A DNA stretch of 52,881 bases, counting the filler, from Jimgerdemannia flammicorona (Eukaryota), in the NCBI GenBank assembly GCA_003990765.1. It is 2 parts of 2 records of this genome, joined end to end, with 100 filler letters (N's around TTAATTAATTAA, not from the genome) between each part and the next. Parts side by side here need not be neighbours in the genome. Positions count along the whole stretch, not along the records: positions 1 to 26,392 come from RBNJ01000732.1; 1 more part is not named here. One strand, given 5' to 3'. The notes beneath the pieces were generated by a model. The model saw nothing but the letters and a program-made list of their open reading frames with translations, did no database searches and was not told where the DNA came from. Positions 1-12,268 of the stretch are shown one piece after another. The position numbers were made by a program, and so were the translations under genes. The first letter of the stretch is position 1. Every line of letters begins with the position of its first letter.

Positions 1-62
1 AAGTCTTTTCATGTGAAATTCTCAGGTAGAATCTCATGTGAAATCCTATCTGAAATTCGTGA

Positions 63-569
63 AAGTAACAAGAGTTTCACTGATAATGTTTTAGATGCAG
101 TGTCCGCAGTAAAAGACTATACTAAATCGGAAATTGCAGGTACTACGATCAAATGTCTATTTCCTGTTTCTATTTCATACCATACGTCACAATGTATAAC
201 TATAGAAATTACTCTACCTGACACATCTGAGATCTTACTTAGTGAAATTATATCAATGAAAATATCTCAGACTTTGACATCTTTATTGATAATACTCTCA
301 TAATCATTGAAGAAACTAACAAACTTCTTCCAGATAAACTCTATGTCATTCTGAATTATACTCCTTGTCATTATCTCCAAGTCCCAAATATTTATCATGT
401 TAAAACTAATGCTACTGACCTCAAAGACCAAGACTTCACCATTGCAGCCTTAGAACAAAAACTAAAATCTCTACAAACACAAGAGAGAGACAGCCAAATT
501 TTTGGATGGATAGTCAGTGGATCACTACTTTGTCTCTTAGTAGTTTTAGTAGTTAAATTAATAAAATAG
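63..569 (+). pseudogene. Decayed ORF 3' end encoding a membrane-anchored glycoprotein-like tail (probably a TE or virus relic; 5' part may lie outside the window)
   Basis: The frame starting at 63 has scattered TGA/TAG/TAA stops up to 245, then is open to TAG at 567-569: ...NYINENISDFDIFIDNTLIIIEETNKLLPDKLYVILNYTPCHYLQVPNIYHVKTNATDLKDQDFTIAALEQKLKSLQTQERDSQIFGWIVSGSLLCLLVVLVVKLIK*. The DNA is intronless, AT-rich and CpG-poor. Confidence 0.4.
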
Positions 570-715
570 TGCAGGGGAAACGGAAAAGGTTTTAGAAATT
601 ACGAGCAAAAATAAATCTTCAAGCATGACGTCAAATGTTCACTTTGTCTGGTTTTGTTGCAGCACGCCCCATATAAGAACTTCAGAAACCGTCACGGGAG
701 AGGAGCACTCAAGCT

Positions 716-3700
716 ATGAAACCGACACACCAAAAAGACGACCACGCCGTAGACGCGGCTGCCCCAACGCCAGTGGGAGCCAGGGTAGCCCGTCGCCGCC
801 TGAGACAACTGGGTCGCACCCTTACTCCCGAACGGTGGTCGGGCATGAGCAGCGACGAGGACGAATGGGTCGGCCTTGAAATGCAGTTCACTTCCGCCGC
901 GGCGAGCGGAAATGGTATGAATCAGACGGATTGTTCACATTGAAGCTACTAGAGCGAAGAATACAAAAGCTGGCTGGGTTCGCCTGTTAATTATGAAGTG
1001 TACGGAATTTCTCCCCCGGAAAATTCAATTCGGTTTCGTCAACGACTCCAGACCAAGTGAAGACGATCAGGATCGGCGATATTATCATGTCTGTCACACC
1101 GGCAAACAACCCAGAGTTCGTTCCCGAGTACGATGGCCATTTGTATGACGAATCGCAGGTCAGTTTGATCTGCTTTTTATCAATGTCATTTTCGTCTTTT
1201 CGATGCGTCCATTCTCATGAGCGCATTTAACAATATCAAACGACCTTCATCCAGGAAATGCTGAGGCATCTAAGATGGTATGTTAACGAAGGACACCTAT
1301 TTAATCCTGGATTGGTTTCAATTCTCCTCCCATGACGTCTCGTCATATCATCCGATCCATCTAGGATGATGCAAAAGGACAAACTCCGCCAAGACATGTT
1401 CCTGATCGGTCCTCCTGGCCCTCTCCGCCGCGCGCTAGTTATGAAATATGCCCAGCTAACTCAACGGGAGTAAGCACTCAGCCTCTCTTTTTCGGTAAAG
1501 TTTCTTTGATCTATGACAACAAATCTTTATCTTTCATAACTTCCTCTATAGGATAGAATACGTCGCCCTCTCCAAAGACGTCACCGACGCGGACCTCAAG
1601 CAGCGCCGCGAGCTCAACGGTGGTACCTCTTTCTACGTCGACCAGGCTGCCGTTCGCGCCGCCGTCAATGGTCGCGTCCTCATCCTAGATGGCATCGAGA
1701 AGGCCGAACGTAACGTCCTTCCCATCCTCAATAACCTCCTCGAGAACCGTGAGATGGCCCTCGACGACGGTCGCTTTCTCACCAACAAGGAATACGACTC
1801 CCTCGGCGCCGAGGCCAATGCCCAGCGGCTCGAGAAGGTCTCGGACCGTTTCCTTGTCATCGCGCTCGGACTCCCCATCCCCCGTTACACGGGGTATCCC
1901 CTCGATCCCCCGCTTCGCTCCCGATTCCAAAGCCGCGACGTGAAATCCCCAGGATTCGACACTCAGGTCAAGCAGTTCACCCACCTCGTCGGGAAGAAGG
2001 TCGACCGCGACGTTGCTGAACGCATCGTCTCCGTCGCTATGGTCCTGGGCGTCACCACCGCGGGCGACGCCGCCGACGGTAATGGCGTTGACGTGCCCGA
2101 GTTCCCTGCCACCGTCGATGGCGCAGCACTTATCCTCCGCGACTTCAGGGACGTCCGCCTCCGCTTCCTCCTCGACTCCTTATACCCGTATCCCCTCCTC
2201 CCAACATGCGATCCGGAGCAACGCAGCGTCATCGATGCGACATATCACCGTTTCGGCCTCCTCGAAACCCCTGCCCGGGGGGTGAACCAATGCCCACCGG
2301 GATACCACATAATCAAGATCGAACGCGATTCTGCGACGTTGCAACCTCTCACCGTCGACAGTCGCCACCGCATCTACACTGCCCTCGTCACCTTCCAGCA
2401 CGACGCAACAGAGACGCGGCACGTTGCGCGCGTCTCCGCCGGACCGAATCCGCTCGGGCCGGCCGAGTTCTTTGTTGAGACGCCCTACGCCTCGCGTACC
2501 TTCGCCGCCATGGCCATCCTCCATACGACGGGGCAGGACTTCTGCCTCCTCGGTACGACCAAAGGCGTCGGCAAGTCGGCGCTCATCCGGCACCTCGCGC
2601 GGAACCTCGGCTATACCATCGAGTACATCCCGCTCTATCGCGACATGTCGTCGCGCGACCTGCTCCAACGCCGCGCGACCACCTTTTCCGGCGACACTGT
2701 GTGGCAGAACTCGCTACTCGTCGATGCCGCTGTCCAGGGCCACATGGCCGTGCTGGACGGGATCGAGACGCTCGGCTTCGGGACGCTCACGACGCTGCAG
2801 AGGCTTGTGCACGAGCGCGAGGCGAGGTTGCCCGATGGGAGGTCGTTGGTCGGGCCGAAGAGGTATGTGAAGCTGATGGAGGTGCAAGGCTGGACCAGGG
2901 AGCAGATGGAAGAGAGGGGTTTGGTGCCCGTGCATCCTGGTTTTAGGATCGTGTGTCTCGCTAGGGCAGCCGCAAGTGGCGGCGGAGCTGGCGCTGGAGG
3001 TGAGGGAAAGGCGGGGAGCTGGTTGAGCCCCGAGATCGCAGGGATGTTTAGGTTTGTGGTGGTACAGTCGATGCCATTGGCGGTACGTTTCGGGGTTTCG
3101 TGTTTGGTTTCTGCGTTGGGCGGCATGGGATTCTCTTGAACTTTGTGTGAGTTACATTATCGAGGCCTGCGCGCTAACGATTTTTTATCCATGGGTATCA
3201 GGAGGAAACACAGGTTCTTGAGTCCCTCTCCCCCGGCGTCGACAAAACCAAACTCTCCCTGCTCCTCAAGTTCGCAAACTGCCTGCGCGAGGACCCGGAC
3301 GATACTATCAAGCTCCTCTCGAACGCACTCTCCACGCGGTACCTACTGACTATTCATCCCTTCTTCTCTCGACGCGTCGATTGACCAATTGCCATTCCAT
3401 GCTCACGCTTTCTCTCTTGTTTCGCTCAGTCAACTTATCCGCATATGCCGCCGTATCGCCTACTTCCCTAACGAGAACCTCCACGCCGCCATCCACAAAG
3501 TTTCCCTCTCTCGCTTCCTCCCCAGTCTCGCTCGCGAGGCCTTAGAAACCCTAATGCGCGAGAACGGCATTCTTCTCGACGCAATGCCAGTGTCTATTGA
3601 GGACGTAAGTATTTTTGTTCCTCACTCCCTTTTTGCCCACAAATGCTTGGACACTCATCGCTCTCGTCTTTGCCCCTTCCACAGCTCAAGATTGAGGTTC

Positions 3701-6700
3701 TTCCCAACCGTGACTCCCCAACTCACCTTCGCATCGGCTCCATCACCGAGCCCATCGTTCGTGGCTCCAACCCGTTGCTGGTCCCACGCGTGGTCTTTCA
3801 CGAGAACCCGGCTCAGACCGAGGTCCTCATGGAGATGCTCAAGGACTACCAGCTCGGCGAGCACCTCCTTCTCATCGGGAATCAGGGAGTCGGAAAGAAC
3901 AAGCTCGCTGACTACTTCTTGCAGCTCCTCAACCTACCCCGGGAGTACATACAGCTGCATAGAGATAGCACAGTGCAGAGCCTTACAGCCACGCCGGCTA
4001 TTAAGGAGGGCGTGCTGCTGTACGAAGATTCACCGCTGGTCAAGGCCGTGACGAAGGGTGTGTAACTGTAGAGGGAGTGCATGCGCTGTCCGAAATAGTT
4101 TCTGATCTGGGGATTTTTTTTTTTTTTTTTTTTGTGTTTTCTTGGTCTCAGGTTACATCTTGGTTATCGATGAGGCGGACAAGGCTCCGACGTACGTCAC
4201 GGCGATTCTCAAGAGCTTGGTTGAGGACGGACAGATGGTGTTGGGTGACGGAAGGAGAATTGTGGCGGATGCCACGAGCGAGCCAGACGACAATGTCATT
4301 GTGATTCATAAGGTGTGATAGAAGGGGGGGGAAGTGACCCTTTCATTTTTGCTTCACTGGTGGCCTCACCGTTGGGTGAACTTATACGAGGGAGTTGTCA
4401 CCATGGATGATCGTCTCAATTGGTTTTTTCGATTGAATCGCTACAGAATTTCCGCATGATCGTGCTGGCCAATCGACCTGGTAAGTCTTGCTCCATCATT
4501 CTGATCTTGTTTTCGAATATTTCAGCTGCTCCTAATTCTAAACCAAATTCATCAACTTGATAGGGTTTCCCTTCCTTGGTAAAGCTTTGGCCAATATGAG
4601 TGCGCGCACGTTTTGAGTCTTTGGCAGCGAGAGCGTGTCAATCTGACACAGTTTTTGTTTGTAGGAAATGACTTCTATAGGGAGATCGGTGATGTGTTTA
4701 GCTGGTATGAATGTATGAATTTATGAAATCTCACATAGAATGCTCGAACATAAGGATCGGAAGCTTATCATCTCTTCTTCTTTTTTCTTTTCTTCTCGTT
4801 ATCACTGTTATTCACGAATAAAAAGCCATGCTGTCGACAACCCCGACATGGATTCTGAGGTAAGTGGATCTAATATGGGTGGGGGTGAAAACGATGGAAG
4901 CGCTACTAATGTTACGGCATACATGTAATGAAGGTTGACTCATGAGCCTTCGCTGTTGCCATTATTATGCAGATGTTCCTCCTGAAAAAATATGGACCGA
5001 ACGTGTCGGAAGACCTTCTCTTGAAACTCTCTTCGGCGTTCACCGACCTCCGCAAGCTAGTTGATGAAGGATTGATCTCCTATCCATACTCCACTCGCGA
5101 GCTCGTTAATATCGTTCGACATATGCAGGTATGCACCCATACCAATCGGCTCGCCTGTTTTCTACTGCGATTATCAACGCTTAACTCTACTTCACTTTCA
5201 CTTACCAGATTTACCCCGACGAAGGCATCTCGCGCATCCTCCAGAACGTCTTCGATTTCGACCAGTACGACCAAGCCTCCAAGGACCTCCTAATAGAGAC
5301 TTTCCAGAAGCACGGCATCCCTGTCGGGCTTGAGTCAGACTTCAACATTAAGCTCGGCCAGTCGATCGATATAGGCATGCCAGTGCTTACGGAGGTGTGG
5401 AAGCAGAGGCAGGGAGAGGCGACCGGATTCGCGGTCGAACAGGCACCTATCGCGTTCAGGGTGAGTACGGATGTTGGATGGTGGGTATCTGTTATTTATT
5501 CTTTCATGGAAAGTGACCAGAGGTTACGGTAATCTAGGGTGGATGGGATCTCTTAACTGGTAAGAAATGGAAGGACCTAGAACGCAGCGAAGGTAGGTGA
5601 CATGACTATCTATGTACCTTTTGATGATATTGCATGCCTTCGATTACATTCCAACATTGCGGCTGACATGCACAGGCCGTTCTATGACCTTCACCGAGCA
5701 ATTATACAACTTCAAGCTCCCGACCAGAGGTAAGAAACAATATAGCTGTTTTTCCATAATCCAATCGTCCGATTCCAATACCTCAATACGATGCATATTT
5801 CTCGGTAGGCGAGGCGCTCGACATTGTTGCCTTAGAAGATTCCACCCTGTTTGCTGTCTCAACCACCCCGGTAACCTTGCACCGGGTCCACCCAAATCAC
5901 ACCAAAAGTGACAGCATCGATCTATACGAATACTTTCCGTTGCAACGAGGTATGCGAATCTTTTGAACGAGATTTGGTCATATAACTTAGGTGAACCAGA
6001 GTGGTAAATTTATTCACACCGGATATTATGACTCGTCGTCGTCTAGCTCCACCACGGCTTCGAATCGCTGTTGTCAAGACGTCAGGCACGATGCGTTACC
6101 TGGCACTTCACAATCCGTCGAATAACGAGCTACTGTGTTGCGATTTCACCAAGAATACAGTCGTATCCGTTGTGGTGAGTGTCATAATCCAACAAATTAA
6201 TCGTGAACGGCATATAACTCGATATTGCCTTTCTAGCAATCTATACTGACCGCGAGATGAACATCCCACTAGCTCAAAGGTCTTGACCCAGTCAATTCCG
6301 TGATGGTAAAGAGTTTAGCGTCGTCGGGTATTCTAGGTATGGTAACTAAGTGCATTTATACCGGCTTGAGTTTATATATTTCTGTGGCGATTAACGTGGT
6401 TCTTTCAGTTTTCTACCAAGAGGAACACTCATGCATCGCCGTGCTGGATTTCAATACGAATTCCCAATTCACAGTGCGGGTACCGGTCCGAGGTAAGACT
6501 TAACTTGATACGCTGTTTTTCGATGCCACGACAAATGGCCATGAAATAACCATTTTTTTGTCTCGATGTACCCTTCCCAAGTCGGTCAACTGTTCACCAT
6601 CGAGAAGAACTACTGGATCCTTCGTGATACCCTCAAAGGCAAATACTTTGCCGCCTATGCAAGCAAAACACCCCAATGGTGAGGTCATCCATGGCAATGG

Positions 6701-7904
6701 GTAAATACGGTTCCCGGTCGTTCCACATATGCGCACTCACTCACCTGTCCTAATACCACCATAGGATACCGGACGTGATCGAGCCTTTCGATGTTGAATC
6801 CCCCGGGAAGTTTGAGCCGGTCGAAGTTGTACATGTGGCGGACTTTGAGGTCGGGAATGCGTGGGTATCACACTTTAGCTTTGTATCATCCTCGGAAGCC
6901 GTGTTATATTTTACATGTACACGATCTCCTAATTCTGCGCAGTCCACCAACTCGCTTCGTGGCCAACAAAAACGACCGTGCATTTGCTTCCATGGCAACA
7001 AATCTCACCTTCGCCTCGACAACCTTGGCATCGCCCGCGCCGACTGAGATTCATACGTTCATGAGGCCGCCAGGCGAAGACGCGCGCAACATGTACGCGA
7101 ATTTGAAGAGCGTGTCAACATATCTAGCGATATCGAAACAGTATGCTACGATCCATCCGTTGAAGGTAGGACTAGAATGGATAATTACTAAGAACATCGT
7201 CTATGCTATATTTTGTATATTTTAATTGTGATGCAATCACTTGCTCGAACTATTAGGATGGCCGCAGCGAAGGGTTCCTCGAGCTCGTCAATCCGCAAGA
7301 AAGTCGTTGCTGGAGGGTGATGATCCCACTGGCAATTCCTCCACAGACCACGCTCAGAAGGTTGGTTTCTTGTCTTTCTCCTTCTGCAATATTATGATAC
7401 GTACTGAATGTAGCACAATAACATGCCGACCCCTTCAATACCAGTGACATTCCCCTAACAGGCTACACCGTCCCCAAAATCGAACGCAATGCGGCCTGCC
7501 TCTGCGAACTGCCCAAAGGCCAACTTGTCACCATGGACAATTCGGGCATGGTACGCATATGGCAAGTGAACGCCGACGAGATCTTCCGTTCGGCACAGAC
7601 ATGGAAGCGGATGGTTGGGATCGATCAACGGGTGTTGTCAATTATTTACAACGAGAACGAGGAGGTAGGTTTCTGGCTTCTGCTTTCCCATTTAATGTTT
7701 ATAGTAACTAATATAGATGCAACCAAATTATAACCTCGTTGGTTACTTTCTGTACGACGCATGGAATGCCAGACGGACGAAAAAGGTAACGGAAAGGTTC
7801 AGGGATCTGGCGAAGGCGAGGGTGTCGGCGACGGTTCAGGACAGGGGTCGGGTGATGGCTCCGGTGAGGGTAGTGGTAGTGGTGGTGGTAGTGGTGATGG
7901 CGGT

Positions 7905-7937
<33 letters not shown>

Positions 7938-9623
7938 GGTGACGGTGACCTGAACGAGAATGGACGCGAGGAAGCCAGTTTTTCGGATCTCGCCTCCTTG
8001 ACGGTGGTAAGTTTTAATTTTGTCATGATGCTGCAATCATTTTGGTTTGCACTGCTAATTCCGATCTCTCTGTTTGAACGATTAGCGAACAGGTAATGCC
8101 GAACCTCAGAAAATCAACGATGCGCAAAGGTCGGTTCAGCATTGTTCTGATATGGTATGCATGTCTTTAATCCTAACATTCATTACTTATTTGAGTCCTC
8201 CTCTCCCCAAAAAATAGGGAGATGCACGAGATGGCGATGCGCAAGCGCCTGGAACAGATCAACATGACTGACGCTGACGGTCAGGTAACTTGCATTTGAA
8301 TCGTATATTTCGTAAGTAAATGAAAATCTCACTTCTTTGGGTTATCAAACATTTCACAGTTGTACCGTAAACACCTTGCCAACGTACAACGAGAGATTCG
8401 TGAGCTGCGTGTCGTCCTGGAGAGCATCGAGGCTAAGAATAAGGAACGAATATGGCTCAAGAACCAGGTGTCGGGTGATTTGGATGACACAAAGATGTGC
8501 GTTGTTTTCTCACGTTTCTTGGCTTTCGAATACGATGTGCGATGAATGGTTTCGCTTCATTGACACGGGCGGTATGTATGCAGCATCGAAGGTTTGACGG
8601 GCGAACGTGCAATCTACAAGCGACGTGGTGACGATGATCCGGAAATGGGCCTCTTTCAAGACAAGCCCAAGCGTATGTTCTTCGTCTTTGACCTATCTGC
8701 AAGGTAAAAAACATCTCGGTTTCCGCTCTGTTATGGATTTCATTCGTCTGTCTTATCACAATCTTACCACTCGACCTCTATACAATCGCAGCATGTACCG
8801 TTTCAACACGCACGACCGTCGCCTTGAGCGCTCGATGGAAGTCGCGCTAATGATCATGGAATCGTTCAAGGGGTTCGAACACAAGTTCGCGTACCGCCTA
8901 CTAGGCCATTCGGGCGATGGAGCCAACATCGAGTTTGTTAAGGAAGGCAAGTATCCCAAGACAGAGAAGGAATCGTTCGAGATCGTAAGCAAGATGAGGG
9001 CGCATGCCCAGTTCTGTCTGAGCGGAGGTGAGTAGAAGGCAGGGAGCAGTGGTGGTCTTCGGGGATACTTAGGATATTCTATTGATGGCTTGCATGGTTC
9101 GTGTAGATAACACTCTGGGCGCAGCATCGTACGCGGTCAAGAATATCGTGAAGGAGGAGGCGGACGATTACGTCGTCATCGTACTGTCGGATGCGAACAT
9201 TACACAATACAATATCAAACCCCATGATATTGCAAGGAGTAAGTGGATGGGAATAGTTTTCGTCGATTTGCGGATCCTGAATACGATGCCTTGCGCGGAA
9301 ATAATAATGTAACATCCCAACACAACTTTATAACCACCCTCCCTGTTCTGATCACGTTTCTAGTATTAAAATCCGACGAGCGCGTCACTGCTCAGATGGT
9401 TTTCATCGGCTCGCTGGAAGACCAAGCAGAACAGTAAGTGATTGCCTTTCAATCCTTATGATCACATGATTTGCCTGCCCTCGGTGAATAATTGCCTTCT
9501 CTGCTTTCTGCATTCGGTAGGCTCAAAAAGGCACTCGGTAGTCACGCTCACATTTGCAAGGAAAACAAGGAGCTGCCCAAGATCATGAAGAGCATTTTCC
9601 TGTCGTCGATGCTTAAGGTGTGA
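716..9623 (+). CDS. VWA8: von Willebrand factor A domain-containing protein 8 (three tandem AAA+ modules plus C-terminal VWA), multi-exon
   Basis: Spliced exons give MMQKDKLRQDMFLIGPPGPLRR, ILDGIEKAERNVLPILNNLLENREM, YTGYPLDPPLRSRFQ, FCLLGTTKGVGKS, LLLIGNQGVGKNKLAD, VIDEADKAP, NRPGFPFLGNDF, YPYSTRELVNIV, KERIWLKNQVSGDLDD, FVFDLSASMYRFN (MIDAS), GHSGDG, VLSDAN and the end ...KSIFLSSMLKV* (TGA 9621-9623). Many GT-AG introns; the start at 716 is inferred. Confidence 0.93.
7785..7950 (+). repeat. Gly/Ser low-complexity coding repeat, (GGT/GGC)n, inside VWA8
   Basis: ggtggtggcggtggtggcggt... encodes GSGEGEGVGDGSGQGSGDGSGEGSGSGGGSGDGGGGGGGGGGGGGGGDGD. Confidence 0.85.
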
Positions 9624-9863
9624 AAGACGGGGAATAGTATTTTGATGGAAGGTGGCCAGTTGGCGTAGGCACTCCATGCACAATAGAACATTAAATACCG
9701 AGAAAGGCGACGATGTTTTATACGCGATTTAAGATCCTTACGATTTCGTGATACATCATCTGTAAATGTATATAGAATTCTCGCAACAAAATGGTTTGAT
9801 TTTCTCCCGCACCCGCCTACGCCTTTCTCTTTGAAAAAGATTGTTGTTGGCGGTGAATGGTAT

Positions 9864-10842
9864 TCATCCCGACCTCCGCTGTCGTCGTTCTTCGTAAAGC
9901 GCTTCCGCCCACGTCTTGACCGTCGGATTTGTGAAACTCACAGGCGGTGACTCGAAGAATTGGTCGAGGTTCTTGCCATCAGCTGAAAAGGAATGAACCG
10001 TAGGTTACACAATTCTAGCTGAAATATCCTTGGAAATATAAACAGAACACAGCGAAAAACCATGACACTCACACTTCTCATACTCGACCGCCTGCACAAG
10101 CATCTCAAACTTGTCCAAATCCTTGACGAGTAGCGCCTCGGGCGTTGAGGCGTCTTCGTACTCTTGCCAGAGGTTACGAATCTCGCGAGACTGAGGAGTG
10201 TCGCCGAGGAGCGTGCGGAAGCTTTCAATGGCGTCCTGGAGAAGTCGGTTGGGAAATAATGATGAGGGCAGTGCGTGCGTGGTAAGACGATGAATTAGGG
10301 TACTGTGATATGAATTCTGAGGACCGGAGATCGATGTCAATGACTAACCAGCTCAAGCTTGTGCTTCTCCGTTTTGCTGACGTTCATATGTGGGGTGATA
10401 TCACCCTAAAACGATGAGAAGAGAGGGAATATTATCAATTGGTTTATATCCAGTAAATGGTCAATGATATATACATACCACGACGCTCTCTGCCAAATCG
10501 TGCACAATGGCCATCTTGACACATCTGCACACGGAGTCATCAGAATCACTTCATGAGCATTCAAACAATGCGCGAGCCATGAATACACCCGAACGTACTT
10601 GCTGGTGTCCAGACTCTTGTTGTCGAAGAGCATGGCCATTACGGCCATGCGGTGCATGTGGTCAGCAATAGACTCGGGACCTTTGATGCCATTGTCGACC
10701 CAGCCTGTGCGCTTCGTGCGCTGGCGGGACGTTGTTTTAAGAGATGAGTTGTAGATAAGACGGAATGAATCAGAGACGGATTTTGTACCTTGAGATTTTC
10801 AATGATATGGAGGAATTTAATGACATTTGATGGCTTCGACAT
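9864..10842 (-). CDS. HDDC2: HD domain-containing protein 2 / YGK1-like 5'-deoxynucleotidase, multi-exon
   Basis: MSKPSNVIKFLHIIENLK | RTKRTGWVDNGIKGPESIADHMHRMAVMAML | CVKMAIVHDLAESVV | GDITP..KHKLE | EIRNLWQEYEDASTPEALLVKDLDKFEMLVQAVEYEK | ..TVKTWAEALYEERRQRRSG*. Confidence 0.9.
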
Positions 10843-10914
10843 GGTGTAGAAGTTGTTTTCCCTTTTTCCTTTTCGATAAATACGAAAAATTTTCATATAT
10901 ATATACGTGACTTT

Positions 10915-11010
10915 CTTTGTTGTAGGCAGGCTTTGTTGTAGGCAGACTTTATTATAGGGACGCTTTGTTGTAGGCAGGCTTTGTTGTAGATAAGCTCTGT
11001 TATAGGTAGG
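10915..11010. repeat. Tandem array of six degenerate 16-bp units (CTTTGTTGTAGGCAGG) upstream of the HD gene
   Basis: Units start at 10915, 10931, 10947, 10963, 10979 and 10995: ctttgttgtaggcagg / ctttgttgtaggcaga / ctttattatagggacg / ctttgttgtaggcagg / ctttgttgtagataag / ctctgttataggtagg. Confidence 0.85.
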
Positions 11011-11233
11011 CTTTATATCCGATTCAGGAAGATAGTAATGCACACGAAAAGGATTAGGGAGGGGCTATATTATTACCACCTTGCCCGCACACAACAATTC
11101 GAATTCAGGCCAGACAGGTGTTATGATTGAAAATATAACTTAGTATTCAATCAATTCAGCCGAGGATCCGGAAGGTATATGACATACAAAATGCATAGAA
11201 CTTTGAACATTTTTACGACCAAAATCCCAAATT

Positions 11234-11850
11234 TTAAGGTCTGATTGACCTGGGCATGAGGCAAGCAACGTTATCATATTAGCTCAGATCGAGGTATGCG
11301 AACCACCAGACACAAAGAACACATAATCAAACCATATAGACCAGTACTCACAACAGATAAGGCAAGACCTCCCATCTCTCCCACACCTTCCCCGTGACGT
11401 ACGGGTCGCGCGCAACGTGGTCGTGAACCTCCTGTTCGGAATCGCTTTCGAAAATAATGCTGCTACCAATCATCTTGCCGCCCTCGTGCGAGTCGAGAAT
11501 CGCGCCAGCGCTGAGCACTAAACCTGCCTTCTTGTCCTCGGTGGCGAGGGCCAGATGAGCAGGGCGCACGGCGAGGCGCCGAGCGAGGGCCTCAGCGTCG
11601 GTATAATCATATGCGATGACCAGGAATTGTTGCTTCGAAGCTGGAATGGTGAGGTAGATCGGAGGAAAATTAAGTAGACGAGAGATGAGAAAAACGCTAT
11701 AGTCTTCGTTTTGCTGCCAATATGATTACATATTGCATGTCCTATTCGCATAGTGTAATACATACCAATGGCACTCGCCGTGAATGCTCTGGCTCCGGTA
11801 AATGTGTGCGGGAAAGAACTAGAGAGTGGACGCAGGAGTGTCGAGAGCAT
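11234..11850 (-). CDS. YCII-related domain protein with probable mitochondrial presequence
   Basis: MLSTLLRPLSSSFPHTFTGARAFTASAI | ..KQQFLVIAYDYTDAEALARRLAVRPAHL..SAGAILDSHEGGKMIGSSIIFESDSEQEVHDHVARDPYVTGKVWERWEVLPY; the R-x-x-H and DPY motifs are typical of YCII. The short last exon is inferred. Confidence 0.85.
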
Positions 11851-12268
11851 TTGTACAGCACCTTACTGTGGCTTAGGCAAGGTCACATATTTATGTGCCG
11901 TCAACAGGGGCAACCTTCAGCGAGGTTTCTTCTGTCGCCATGGAATAAGAAGAAAATAGTATGGTGAAAATACAACATGGACTTACGTAATGACTATTCT
12001 TGGAAAAATGCCTTCCTTTTCTCCTCATCATGTCGTTGGCAAATACTCCTTTTGGTGGAGCCACAATTAGTGAAGCCACGAGCCACGCGAGCGATCACAC
12101 ATCATCTGAATGAAGCTGCATTTGGTGGGAAGCTGTATTTGGTCGGAAGCAGAAATGTGTACGACATGCTGCCCTAATACACCTTGTATTTCAAGGCCTA
12201 CTTCGGTCGTCAGCACCCCCGTTCTTCTTCCCACACCACCACGCAACCCCGCCCCACCTCGTACCGAA

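Noticed and set aside
1633..3126. Many overlapping and antisense ORFs within VWA8 (likewise within the RTF1, RidA and 12.2-14.2 kb genes)
   Set aside because: Shadow ORFs of GC-rich coding exons
7799..8036. Poly-Pro and poly-Thr ORFs
   Set aside because: Antisense or alternate frames of the VWA8 Gly repeat
10915..11010. CRISPR-like array
   Set aside because: Units are contiguous with no unique spacers, the context is eukaryotic and no cas genes are present
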